Origin: a virus
Taxonomy: Duplodnaviria; Caudoviricetes
IMG/VR virus record: IMGVR_UViG_3300042892_001369
Coordinates: 533-64,532 of that record
DNA length: 64,000 nucleotides
Direction: 5' to 3' (one strand)
The notes below the pieces were generated by a model. It ran no database searches. It was not told the origin of the DNA and saw only the letters and a list, made by a program, of their open reading frames with translations. Positions 47,848-58,107 of this stretch are shown here, piece by piece (position 1 is the stretch's first letter; each line of letters begins with the position of its first letter). Both the position numbers and the translations under genes were made by a program.

Positions 47848-50800
47848 TTAATCACCGCCCATCTTTTTCTTTCTACGCTCTCTTTTCTTTCTATACTTTT
47901 CTTGCCTTACTTGGTCTAAATAGTTATTATATTCATCATCAGATAATTTACTTATAGAGTCTTTTAGCGCGGTCTTTTTAGCTTCCCTTGTTTCCTTAGA
48001 CTTTATTTTGCCTTCTTCTTTACGCTGAGCTTTTGCTTCCTCAATAATCTTTAAATCACCAGGAGTTTTTTCTATTCCAACTGTCCAAGGAGTAAACCCT
48101 AATGCAACAGCTGCTCTTTGCCATGCCGCATTTTGATTGTTTAATGCTTGAGAAACATTTTCAATTTTATTTACCAAACGATCCATTGGTACATTTAATA
48201 ATACCTCAGCCCCTTTACCAGTTACAGAATACATAGGGCCAAGATGAACTCTTCCGTCTTGCATTATTCCCCAACCTCTTTCTTCTATTAAATCTTTGTC
48301 AAATTCTGTTTGCTTTAACCCGGCATATAATTTTCTTAATTTAGATCCAATTGGAGGAGATATATTAGCAGCTTCAATCGCAACGCCCGCATAATCTTTT
48401 TGTTTTTTATTCTGTTGTTCCATGTATTTTACAGCCACATTTTTAAGAGTAGATACAATACCTCCATAGAACCCAGTACCCCTAAGGATTGAATCAAGTA
48501 CTCCATTAGCTAAATCAACAGTCTTTTCTTCTCTATTCTTTTTTCTTTTTGCTTCTTCTTCATCTTCGTCAAACAATACTGAAAATAAACCTTGCTGTAA
48601 TATTGAAAATGCCGTATTTTGAAGTATTAAATAATAACTGATTTTAGCAATATTAGTTTTAGCATCCCCCCTACCGTTTTTCAAATCCAAAAAAGCTTTT
48701 TTAACTAATCTTGATTGCTGCATTGCTGTATTCTGAAAAGTCAATAGTAATCTTCCAGCTCCACTTGCTTGTTGTTTAGATATATCCTTTGGATCACCAG
48801 ATTGTTGTGTCTCATCTGAGATCTTAGAAAATTCTTCCCATGCTAATGCTTCAGCTTCAGCTTTAGACATACCTTCTGAAATATGAGTTTTAATTCTATT
48901 TCTATAATACGGAGCACCACCTGATGATATTGCAAAACTATCTGCTAATTGAGTTGGAGTATAACCTATTTTCAATAGATATGAGATAACAGCTGCTGGT
49001 TTGTTTTTACTGCCAGCAGCCGCATTTGCAATTTCAGAAGCAACAACATCCTCGCGTAATCCGCCACGTCTTTCTTTCATTTTATCAGAGTTCCATATAG
49101 TAGAAAAATCACTCCAATATTGTTTCTGATTAGCAAAAGCTTTGGCGACCGCAACAGGGTTATTGTCTCTTAAATTTAAGAAGTTAGCCGTACTAAGTAA
49201 TTGTAAAGCGGCGGATCTTGTGTTAAGGAACATAATAACTCCCGTTGATCCTGTGACCCAATTAGTCCACATGCTTGTCTCTCTGTCTTTCCCGTAGCTA
49301 CGGTTTTTACCATTAGTCATTCTATATATTGAGTCCTCTAATGCTTCTCTTACATCAGTTCCATATACAGCCTGGATTTTATTCATATTAGGGCCGACTA
49401 ATTTACCGGATTCCCATTTTCCGAAGATAGTCTCAACATTTTCAATAAACTCTCCTAAGAATTTTTTTCTTCCACCTGATTGAGTTATATTAAATAGATC
49501 AGAAACTATTGTATCAGTGTCCCAATGTTCAGATGGTTCAACCCAGCCCTTCTCTTGTCGACTCATTGCCTTTAATCCTTCTTTAAATGCCAGCAATTGG
49601 GGGTCGTTATTAACCATATCAACAAGTTTTCTATTGTCTCTTTTAGTTAATCCCGGTATTTCGATTCCCGCATCATTCCATAATGCAACCCGTATCGCTT
49701 GATCATAAGTAAAATCTTTATCAGGATTAAGGGTTTCTAATTTCTTTTTAACATCCGGGAATGCTTTTGTCAATGTTTTGTACGATTTTTTAATTGACTG
49801 TCTTGCCCCGTCCATTAAATTAACACCATTAATATATGGTTTTAATAAAGTCTCGTCAAAGAATTTTTGTTGTTCTTCACCTCGTCTACCTTTGCCCATA
49901 AATTTATATAGTAATAATTCAAAGTCTGCTGCAGATGGCGGAACATATAAATCAAATTTATTTTTACCAGCCCCGCGTCTTTTTGCAACAATATCAGAAT
50001 ATACTTTGTAACTTTCTACTCCTTTATTTTCCTCAATAATTTTATTAAACTCCTCAGACAATCCCTTGCTGCGTTTAATTTTAGCTTGTTGCACTTTTGA
50101 TTTAACATCCAATACGCTAAGAGCTTCTTTAACTGCTTTAACATTTTGAATAGCATCATCTGAAAAATAAAAATCATTATATCCCTCGGCTGCTTTACTA
50201 ATAATCCAGTCAGCCTTAGCCTTAGCGGTGCTATTTCCTAATCCTACAATATTATCTAATTTAATATCTAATCCTTGTGCTTTTAAAAATTCTTGTATAG
50301 CAATATTTGAATCGGCTGGTCTAGCGGTCAAGACGTAAACATCTTTAGTTCCAAACTTACCAGCGAGTTTCATAGCTTTATCAAACATCGGCCCCCTTTG
50401 CCCCTCATTTACTTTTGAAAATTCAGAGAAATCGAATACTGCTCCTCTGTCTAAGTAATCTTGACCAGATTTTGCAAATTCTTCTGCGTTTAGTTTTCCA
50501 CGCTCCCCATCTGGCATTGTATATAATACATTTGATTTTGTTCTAGCTAATGTGTCGTCAAAGTCTAATACACTTATGCCTTTGTTTTCTTTGCTACGCA
50601 TAAGTGATCTTTCAATGGCGGTACTATTATTTATCTGTAGTCTTCTTTCTTTTGCTCCCTGGGCATTGTTCATAGCTGCATCTAATATTTCTTTAGATCC
50701 ATATAAACTTTCTATGTTATGCATCCTATTGCGATAAGGTATTAAAGCTTCTAAAAATTCTGGAGCAAAATGCCTGTCTTTACCGGTGTATTTTAGATTA

Positions 50801-53800
50801 GAGTCTGTCAATGCCTGATCCGCCGATAACGGAATTAAATTCACCCTCATTTTATTAACAAACCCTTCTAATTCCGTTCTGGTCATATTAGGATCTTTCA
50901 AAAACCTTTTTAGCTCGGCTTTTAAATCATTTATGGTTGTATTGTGCTCTAATCTGCTTTCACTTGATTTTAAACCATCAATCCAAAACCCTGCTTTTGA
51001 CATTTTTCTAATTGCGCCAAGCATGTCCACCGCTAATAAGTCAATATGATTTTCTCCTTTTTCAACCATACCTTTTTTCTTATAATACTCTATAGTATCA
51101 ATAACATACTTTTGCTGTTTAGCCGCTTCTGCATCAATAGTTTTAATTACCTCTTTACCTTTATCCACTGTATTGGCTTTTCTAAGCTCGGATTTTATTT
51201 CTGATATAGGTTTATTATGTGTAAAAACGTCACCATCTATAGTAATATAAGTTCTAAGCTTACCACTTACGGTTTTTTCTTTAAGACCAAAAACACCTTC
51301 TCCGTAAAGTTCTCCCAAACGCTCTTCCCCGAATACTTTTCTTAGAGCTGGATCCAAAACATAAGTAAGATAATCTCTATTGGTTGTAAAGAAATTCCCT
51401 TCGCTAGTTTTAAAAGACTTTAATTCTGCTTTTAAGAATTCATTTACCGATGAGGCAATAGTTTTATTGTCAGCATTCTTTAATTTTGACAGAGTGCGTT
51501 CTAATGCTTCTGTAGAAGCTATTGACCCAGCTTTTTGTACTACCGACCCCAATTTTTTACCGCGAGCTTCTTCCATAGAACGCTCATAAGCCATATACTC
51601 TTGTATAATAGGATTAGAAGTAGCTTTTTCTTTATCTATTGTTGCAGTATTTGATATGTAATCTTTTACAATTGATTGCTCGTTGAGCGCCAAATTATCA
51701 TAAAATTTAAAGAATTCATCTTTAGCTTTTGAAATATCTGCTGTCTCATTTTTGTTTTTTGATCTCTTAACATTACCTCTCTCTATTTGTCTAATAATAT
51801 CAACAGCCATTGCATCACCAATAGTAACACCCTGTCTTTCTTGATTAGTAACTAACGCTTCAAACAATGGCCCCTCTTCTGCAAAGTCTTTTGCAATAAT
51901 ATCAAATGATATTTCCTCTGCTGTAGCTTTTGCTAACGATTCTTTTCGGCCACGAATAGGATTGCCTGTTGAGCCTAAAAATTGACCTAGATAATCAGCA
52001 TCAGAAACTAAGTTAACTGCGTTAGGTAGCCTTCTAACAAGCTCTGCGCCAGATGTACGTCCCGCATTATCCGTAGACACAGCTTCACGATCTATTTTTT
52101 GGTCAACCCACTCAGGGTAATTAACCCACTTACCGTTTATTCTTTTTTGTATTGCTTGTGGTATACCTCCAACGCCATTAGCCCCCATTAGCCATGTAGT
52201 AGTCATGTTCTCTAATGTTGCTTTTTTATTTTTTAATAGCCAACTTCTAAATTGATTATCTTTTTTTCCACCCATTGCGGTTTTTAAATCAATATCCGCT
52301 TGTTTACCCATTGCATCTTTGATTTCTGCAATTATTGGCGTAACCGTTCTATTAAGCGTAATTGGTGTGTCTAATCTAGACTTTGTAGTTCTAAGTGTAG
52401 TTAAAACTTTATTGGTAATTGATTGTACAACTGGTTCTTCGACAATTTTTTGATCCAACAAACTTTTATACTTAGGAGCTTCAGCTTCTACTCTTTCAAA
52501 AGATTGCTCAGCTGTTTCAGTAGCCATTAACCCTTTCTGATCTTCAATATCTTTTGAAAATTCTTTACCCAAAACCCTTCTTGATGCTGTAATTGCTCTA
52601 ACAGGTAAATATTTATTAATATATGCGGCCAATGGAATTCCCATTGCAGGATCATATTTTTGAATTAAAGATAAAATTCCACCATCTCCGGTCTCTATTT
52701 CATCTGTTAATAATTCTTCTTCAAACCCCGGAGCGTCTTTTCTTTTATTAACGAGTGCTTTTGTAATTGGCTTGAATAAATTTATAATATCCATTGCAGC
52801 TTCAACTCCCTTAGCATTGTAAGCGGCCTGCACTCTATCGGAAGCAATCTTGCCTTTATTATCCGTAATTACTTTCCTAGCCTCTTCTTCATAGCTTACA
52901 TTTAATTTCTCCGGTTTAGCTTTTACTTCAGCAACCGGATTTTCCAAGGCATCTATTTTGTCCTCAAGAACTTTAAGTTTCTCTTTATAAACTTTATCGG
53001 TTACGCCTCCATAACTCCAAGTCTCAGTTAAATCTTCAATTTGATTTTCTAAGTCTTCTATTTTTTCTTTTGATCTAATAATATTTGTTCTAGAAATCTC
53101 AGTCGCTCCTTTTGTTCTTTCAGCAAAAGAAATAGCTTTTTCACTAGCTTCTCCTTTTTTACCAGACTCTGCTAATGATTTTAATATTCCTGTAATTTCT
53201 TCTACACTAGCTTCTTCCGGAATAGGCTCTCCGGTTTTTCCTGCCACTTTTTTTAATGTTTTATCAAAGAATGATTTAAAGCTATTAATGCTTTCTTTGT
53301 TATAACTTAATTCACCTGTTCTATTTGCCTCAGAAAAAGCAGCTAAGTATTCTTCATAATATTTATTTTTAAGAACCGGAACTTTTTCTATTTTCCCATT
53401 CTTATCTAATTTTTCTTCAAACGCGTATGGTTTTACGGCATCAGTTACTACCTTTAGCTCTTTGGAGGATAACGTAGCTAGCCAATTATCTATAAAATCA
53501 ACGCCTTCGTCAGTTAATGTACCATCATCATTTTTCATCCACTCTCCAAATACTAAATGGGTGGATTCATGTCCTCCTGTTCCTGTCTTACTATATTCTT
53601 TTGCTAAAGATTTATTGATATGTAAATTACCATTTAAATCGTAAAATCCAAAACTGATTTCTCCTGATTTCAGCTTATTACTTTCACCAAATGATACGGC
53701 TGTTTTTTCAAATCTTTCAGTAGCGTTTTCTCCTTCATAAACTATTACTTCTTTGCCTAATGCTTTTGCATTTTCTTCTGCTGATTTTATATCAAGATCT

Positions 53801-56658
53801 AGATCTTTTACTAATCTAGTGTCGCTTTCCCCAATAAGCTTTCTTGCCTCAGATTCTAGGGCCTCTGACTTTTTAGTTAACTCTGTTAGTTTTGTTTCAT
53901 AGACTACTTTTAATGCCGGGTTATCTTTAGCTAATGCTTCATTTGTTTTTATTTCCCCTTGAATCTTAGCTTGGTTAAACATATTTTCAAGCAAAGGTTT
54001 TCTTTCCGGTGTATTTCTAAATATTTTCATTTGATCAAGAGCAGTGCCAATTTTTTGGGCGGTTCCTTGATAGCTATTCATAATATCGTATATCGGAGAA
54101 TTTTTCTTTAATCCTAGTTGGTTAGCAATTAATTCAATTGGATTGCTTGCCAAAAGCTCTAAAGAAGTGCTATCTAGATTTTCACCATATTTGATTCTAT
54201 TTGCTGCTACCCATAAATCTGTAGCGTCATAATCAACAACACCCGCGGCTATATCGCCCTTTGCAATTTGAATGTCAACATTTCCTCTTAATACATTAGC
54301 TGCTTTTCTTATAGCCGCTTCTTCCGTAGCCATAGCTTCAAAATTATCTGAATCTTCGTATTTTTTTTCAAGTTTTTCAATAGCTTCTTTTTCAGCTTTG
54401 TCAATTTCAATATTTCTATTCTCAGCTTCTTTGCCTTTTGAAACTTTTAACTTACCATCTATACCTAATATTTTACCCGCATTAGGGCTCTCAACATCAA
54501 ACACCGGTAGTTTGTTTATATCAGATTTTAAATTTTCAAATGTTTGTCTAGGAGCAAATCCCCCTAATAACACAAGTGACCCAAATGTGCCGGCTACATG
54601 CTGATAATCGGATAATTGAGCCCATTGTTGTGCTTGATCAATTTTGCCCTTTGCGACTAATTGATCCTTTATTAATGTAGCTCTTTCAGCTATATTCATT
54701 ACAACAGTTCCCGACGTAGCACCAGTTAAAACATTTGCTGCTTGACTAGCTGTTTTTGATTTAGAACCAAACATAAGTATTGGTGACAAAAAAGGTATTT
54801 TATTTGCTACCATCTTTTTTATCAACTTACCAGCTAAAACATTACCAACGCCTAAACTTGCCGCAAACGTAGCATCTACAGGTGGAGCTCCCGTTGTATT
54901 TGCTAAAACTTCATCAGCACCGGCCATTAAAGCAACTTCTCTAGCCCCTCCTACAAATAACGCAGTAGCATTTCTCATTGCTCTACTATTGCCAAATACT
55001 TTACTAGACCAAGCTGTAAATATATTGCCTGCTTGTGTTAATTGTGGCCCTGATAATTTTTTTGTTAGGAATAACGATCCTACAAGCGGAATTAAATGAG
55101 CTGTGCCTTTTAAAGACAAATCTCCTATATCTTCCTTTAATATTTTTTCTAATTGATTAGGATTTTCATATTTAAACCCAGCACTAATTAATGATTCATT
55201 AAAAGCCTTTGCGGCCTCCTTTGTGTTTTGTAATCCAGTTGCCGAGTATATACCTGTATTTCCAAAAGCTTTATATGTTTCATCAATAAAATCAACAATT
55301 TTGTAATTTCTTTCTGCTGCAATTGGATCAGCATTTAATTCAATTGCTTTTGTTAAAGTTACATATTCTTGTAATTTTTGGTTAAAAGCTTTTGCAATTG
55401 GATTGTTTCCTGGTAATTCGTTTAAATTTGATGGAAGTTTTCCTGTTTCATAAACTTGCCCTAAGTTTTTTATATCTTGGAAATAGCCTTCATTATCTTC
55501 AGGGTCTTCAGATGTAATATCTTGAATATAAGATCCAATTTTTTCAATATTACTTTCACCTTCCCATATTTTATCTTTAAGCTGTAGGGCTTTATTTGAC
55601 AATGCTAAAAGCTGATAATACGAATCCTCCTGAGCAGCCTGCAAATCATCTATTCCTCTGGTTTCAGCAATAGCAGCTGCATTAGCATCTTGGTTTTCTT
55701 TCCAAGCCAACGCTTTTTTAGCAGTTAGCAATTCGCCGGTATTTTCGTCGTATAATTTAGTTTTTATACCTAAAGCCTCTCTTCCCGCTTTTATTTCGCT
55801 CTCAAGTCTATTAATTTCAGAGGTATTTTTTTCAGTTTTTGCTCTTATTAATAAACTGGTTTTTCTAACAAGCTCTCGTTCTCCATAGTCAAGGAATTCT
55901 CTGCCATTTGACGAAGCTTTATCTCTTGTATTAACTTTTTTGCTAAGATCTAATGCTCGTTCGGCTTCTCCATTTTCAATAACCCACGCTTGTTGCATTC
56001 TTGGCAAGTTATTAATTATAAACTGCCCGTCTTTTATATTAGTATATTCTTTGTCTTGTAGCTCGTTATTTACTACCGGCGCAATTTGGCCTGTTATTCC
56101 ATCAGCACTAGTAATTGTACTAATAGCTTGATATACCTCTGGCTTTTCAAGTTCACTTTCTGAAACCCAAATAAGATCGCCTAATTTATTTTTATATGTA
56201 TTAGATTTATTTTCTACTTGTTGTTCATCAACTCTAACTTTTGAATCATTTAAGCTAGCTATAATACTAGCGTCTTCTAATCTTTTTTGCCCAGCTTTGA
56301 TAGATTCTTTTTCTCTTTGCTCGTTTAAATATTCTGGGCTATATATAGAAAACTTTTCCTCTTGAGCAGGATATACTAATTCAACGTTGGCTTTTTCAAT
56401 ATCTACTGGGGATATTTTTTCTGTTTTTTTTGGCTTACGTCTATCTTTTTTAAAATCGTATGAAAAATTATCAATTTGTTCGCTTTTTGACGGCTCACTC
56501 CAAGGATATTTTTTTGTAGAAACTTTTGTTTCTTCTGTTTTTTTCTTTAAACCTTTACTCTCTATAATGGCACTAGCCGAGGTTTTTTGCTCGGCTGCCA
56601 TTTTATTTATTTGATCTTCTGTATAGATTTGCCCAGAGGCATCAACGTATTCAAACAT
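47848..56658 (-). CDS. Giant (2936 aa) virion/ejection polyvalent protein with zincin, sigma-region-2-like and HAD modules
   Basis: HESTH at aa 1030; GILSLIQKYDPAMGIPLAAYINKYLPVRAI from aa 1327; DFDDT at aa 2032 with LTAR and FSDD; last gene of the ejection-protein cluster. Confidence 0.8.
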   Translation of the reverse strand: MFEYVDASGQIYTEDQINKMAAEQKTSASAIIESKGLKKKTEETKVSTKKYPWSEPSKSEQIDNFSYDFKKDRRKPKKTEKISPVDIEKANVELVYPAQEEKFSIYSPEYLNEQREKESIKAGQKRLEDASIIASLNDSKVRVDEQQVENKSNTYKNKLGDLIWVSESELEKPEVYQAISTITSADGITGQIAPVVNNELQDKEYTNIKDGQFIINNLPRMQQAWVIENGEAERALDLSKKVNTRDKASSNGREFLDYGERELVRKTSLLIRAKTEKNTSEINRLESEIKAGREALGIKTKLYDENTGELLTAKKALAWKENQDANAAAIAETRGIDDLQAAQEDSYYQLLALSNKALQLKDKIWEGESNIEKIGSYIQDITSEDPEDNEGYFQDIKNLGQVYETGKLPSNLNELPGNNPIAKAFNQKLQEYVTLTKAIELNADPIAAERNYKIVDFIDETYKAFGNTGIYSATGLQNTKEAAKAFNESLISAGFKYENPNQLEKILKEDIGDLSLKGTAHLIPLVGSLFLTKKLSGPQLTQAGNIFTAWSSKVFGNSRAMRNATALFVGGAREVALMAGADEVLANTTGAPPVDATFAASLGVGNVLAGKLIKKMVANKIPFLSPILMFGSKSKTASQAANVLTGATSGTVVMNIAERATLIKDQLVAKGKIDQAQQWAQLSDYQHVAGTFGSLVLLGGFAPRQTFENLKSDINKLPVFDVESPNAGKILGIDGKLKVSKGKEAENRNIEIDKAEKEAIEKLEKKYEDSDNFEAMATEEAAIRKAANVLRGNVDIQIAKGDIAAGVVDYDATDLWVAANRIKYGENLDSTSLELLASNPIELIANQLGLKKNSPIYDIMNSYQGTAQKIGTALDQMKIFRNTPERKPLLENMFNQAKIQGEIKTNEALAKDNPALKVVYETKLTELTKKSEALESEARKLIGESDTRLVKDLDLDIKSAEENAKALGKEVIVYEGENATERFEKTAVSFGESNKLKSGEISFGFYDLNGNLHINKSLAKEYSKTGTGGHESTHLVFGEWMKNDDGTLTDEGVDFIDNWLATLSSKELKVVTDAVKPYAFEEKLDKNGKIEKVPVLKNKYYEEYLAAFSEANRTGELSYNKESINSFKSFFDKTLKKVAGKTGEPIPEEASVEEITGILKSLAESGKKGEASEKAISFAERTKGATEISRTNIIRSKEKIEDLENQIEDLTETWSYGGVTDKVYKEKLKVLEDKIDALENPVAEVKAKPEKLNVSYEEEARKVITDNKGKIASDRVQAAYNAKGVEAAMDIINLFKPITKALVNKRKDAPGFEEELLTDEIETGDGGILSLIQKYDPAMGIPLAAYINKYLPVRAITASRRVLGKEFSKDIEDQKGLMATETAEQSFERVEAEAPKYKSLLDQKIVEEPVVQSITNKVLTTLRTTKSRLDTPITLNRTVTPIIAEIKDAMGKQADIDLKTAMGGKKDNQFRSWLLKNKKATLENMTTTWLMGANGVGGIPQAIQKRINGKWVNYPEWVDQKIDREAVSTDNAGRTSGAELVRRLPNAVNLVSDADYLGQFLGSTGNPIRGRKESLAKATAEEISFDIIAKDFAEEGPLFEALVTNQERQGVTIGDAMAVDIIRQIERGNVKRSKNKNETADISKAKDEFFKFYDNLALNEQSIVKDYISNTATIDKEKATSNPIIQEYMAYERSMEEARGKKLGSVVQKAGSIASTEALERTLSKLKNADNKTIASSVNEFLKAELKSFKTSEGNFFTTNRDYLTYVLDPALRKVFGEERLGELYGEGVFGLKEKTVSGKLRTYITIDGDVFTHNKPISEIKSELRKANTVDKGKEVIKTIDAEAAKQQKYVIDTIEYYKKKGMVEKGENHIDLLAVDMLGAIRKMSKAGFWIDGLKSSESRLEHNTTINDLKAELKRFLKDPNMTRTELEGFVNKMRVNLIPLSADQALTDSNLKYTGKDRHFAPEFLEALIPYRNRMHNIESLYGSKEILDAAMNNAQGAKERRLQINNSTAIERSLMRSKENKGISVLDFDDTLARTKSNVLYTMPDGERGKLNAEEFAKSGQDYLDRGAVFDFSEFSKVNEGQRGPMFDKAMKLAGKFGTKDVYVLTARPADSNIAIQEFLKAQGLDIKLDNIVGLGNSTAKAKADWIISKAAEGYNDFYFSDDAIQNVKAVKEALSVLDVKSKVQQAKIKRSKGLSEEFNKIIEENKGVESYKVYSDIVAKRRGAGKNKFDLYVPPSAADFELLLYKFMGKGRRGEEQQKFFDETLLKPYINGVNLMDGARQSIKKSYKTLTKAFPDVKKKLETLNPDKDFTYDQAIRVALWNDAGIEIPGLTKRDNRKLVDMVNNDPQLLAFKEGLKAMSRQEKGWVEPSEHWDTDTIVSDLFNITQSGGRKKFLGEFIENVETIFGKWESGKLVGPNMNKIQAVYGTDVREALEDSIYRMTNGKNRSYGKDRETSMWTNWVTGSTGVIMFLNTRSAALQLLSTANFLNLRDNNPVAVAKAFANQKQYWSDFSTIWNSDKMKERRGGLREDVVASEIANAAAGSKNKPAAVISYLLKIGYTPTQLADSFAISSGGAPYYRNRIKTHISEGMSKAEAEALAWEEFSKISDETQQSGDPKDISKQQASGAGRLLLTFQNTAMQQSRLVKKAFLDLKNGRGDAKTNIAKISYYLILQNTAFSILQQGLFSVLFDEDEEEAKRKKNREEKTVDLANGVLDSILRGTGFYGGIVSTLKNVAVKYMEQQNKKQKDYAGVAIEAANISPPIGSKLRKLYAGLKQTEFDKDLIEERGWGIMQDGRVHLGPMYSVTGKGAEVLLNVPMDRLVNKIENVSQALNNQNAAWQRAAVALGFTPWTVGIEKTPGDLKIIEEAKAQRKEEGKIKSKETREAKKTALKDSISKLSDDEYNNYLDQVRQEKYRKKRERRKKKMGGD

Positions 56659-56670
56659 AAGTATTTATTT

Positions 56671-58104
56671 TTATTTAGCAGGTATTGATCCAGTTCTTAC
56701 ATAAGCTTCGGCTGCTTCAGCATTTGGAATATTTTCACCAGCAAGAGCACCTCCAATTACATTCCACTTTTTGCCATCGAATACTGCTTTACGGTCTTTA
56801 AATCGTATCTCTGTTTTGTTGCCTGCATTTGCTTTCTTTATACCTTGTTTTAATGCCTTTTCTTCCTCTGCAGCTTTTTCATCAGATGCAGATGTTTTTG
56901 TTGTCTTACCTTCTTTTTTCTTTGGTACTTTTAAAATAAGTGTGGATGGATCTTCCTTTTGAATAATTTGTTGGCTTGGGACTTTTGCTTCAACCCAATA
57001 TTTTATATATTCTTCTTCAGCTTTGTCTCTTTCCTTTTCCGTCAAAACCCGATTATCAGGCATTAGTTCTTTAGTTTCTTCTGTAGATCTTTCCCAAAAT
57101 GGCACAATTATATTGTTATAATATGACGCTAAAGTAGAGTCATCAAACGCCGCTAACTGTCCAAATAGCTGTTCCTTTACCTCAGGTAGTATTGCTCCTT
57201 TATTAACTTTTGCTACTAGTTTGTATTGCCCCGGCAAATCGCCATAAGGCTCTCTTTCATATTCAATTTTGCCAGTTTTTGGATCTTTTACCAAATAATC
57301 AATATTTATATTTGCCGTAGCTATCGTGCCTTTAGATGGGTCCTTTGGATCAACAAGTTTGTTTTCAAAAACATTAGAAACTTGTTTTTTTACAGCCTCA
57401 GTATTTGCCGTTGTATCAGGCAATATTTTAACCCCTATTATATTTTGAGCATTCATTTTCTTTAGCTCATCTGCATAGAATCTGTATACCTCTTTTCCTT
57501 CTCCATCTTTTGTTATATAGGCTAACTTTTTAGTTTTAACATCCTCATAAACCGCCTCAACAGAACCATCTATTTTTCCACTAAAAATGCGTAACCCCCT
57601 ATTCAGAGCAGGATCTAACTCCTTTGCTAAGCCGCCCTCTACTCCAACGCCTTTCAACGCAGCCTCTTCAAGATCGGTAACCATTTCTCCAGCTATAACT
57701 AATCCTGCTGAAAAATCATTATCAACGGTTGAATTAATCTCAGACAATTCCATTTGAGCTTCATTCCTTTCCGCTCCTGTTATCTTATTTTGTAAGATAC
57801 TTATATTTAGTTCTTTAGCTCTCTCAATTAAGGGATTAAATGTATTGGCTAAATTTATTTTTGGATTTACACCTTTTAATTTGTTAACCCCATTCATTAA
57901 CCTAATTTGACCCTTTTCAACTTCCTTTTCAACTTCTTGGTTCTTTTTGCCATTTTCTTCTAGCTCTTTACGTTTTTGTTCCTGCACACTCATGTATGTT
58001 TGTCCAAATTTTGCAACAGACCCGGCTAAAGATTCTTGTAAATTTCTAAGGTGCTGACCGCTTTGTGTGTCAACTAGTATTTGTGGATTACTGTATGCTC
58101 CCAT
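56671..58104 (-). CDS. Probable internal virion/ejection protein
   Basis: 477 aa, helical and charged, between the pilot-like and giant proteins. Confidence 0.55.
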   Translation of the reverse strand: MGAYSNPQILVDTQSGQHLRNLQESLAGSVAKFGQTYMSVQEQKRKELEENGKKNQEVEKEVEKGQIRLMNGVNKLKGVNPKINLANTFNPLIERAKELNISILQNKITGAERNEAQMELSEINSTVDNDFSAGLVIAGEMVTDLEEAALKGVGVEGGLAKELDPALNRGLRIFSGKIDGSVEAVYEDVKTKKLAYITKDGEGKEVYRFYADELKKMNAQNIIGVKILPDTTANTEAVKKQVSNVFENKLVDPKDPSKGTIATANINIDYLVKDPKTGKIEYEREPYGDLPGQYKLVAKVNKGAILPEVKEQLFGQLAAFDDSTLASYYNNIIVPFWERSTEETKELMPDNRVLTEKERDKAEEEYIKYWVEAKVPSQQIIQKEDPSTLILKVPKKKEGKTTKTSASDEKAAEEEKALKQGIKKANAGNKTEIRFKDRKAVFDGKKWNVIGGALAGENIPNAEAAEAYVRTGSIPAK

Positions 58105-58107
58105 ATA

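Noticed and set aside
50551-50565. DFDDT in the giant protein as the catalytic motif of a crAss-type virion RNA polymerase
   Set aside because: Two-barrel RNAPs need DxDxD (DFDGD/DFDID). Here it is DxDxT followed by HAD motifs II-IV, so a phosphatase fits better.
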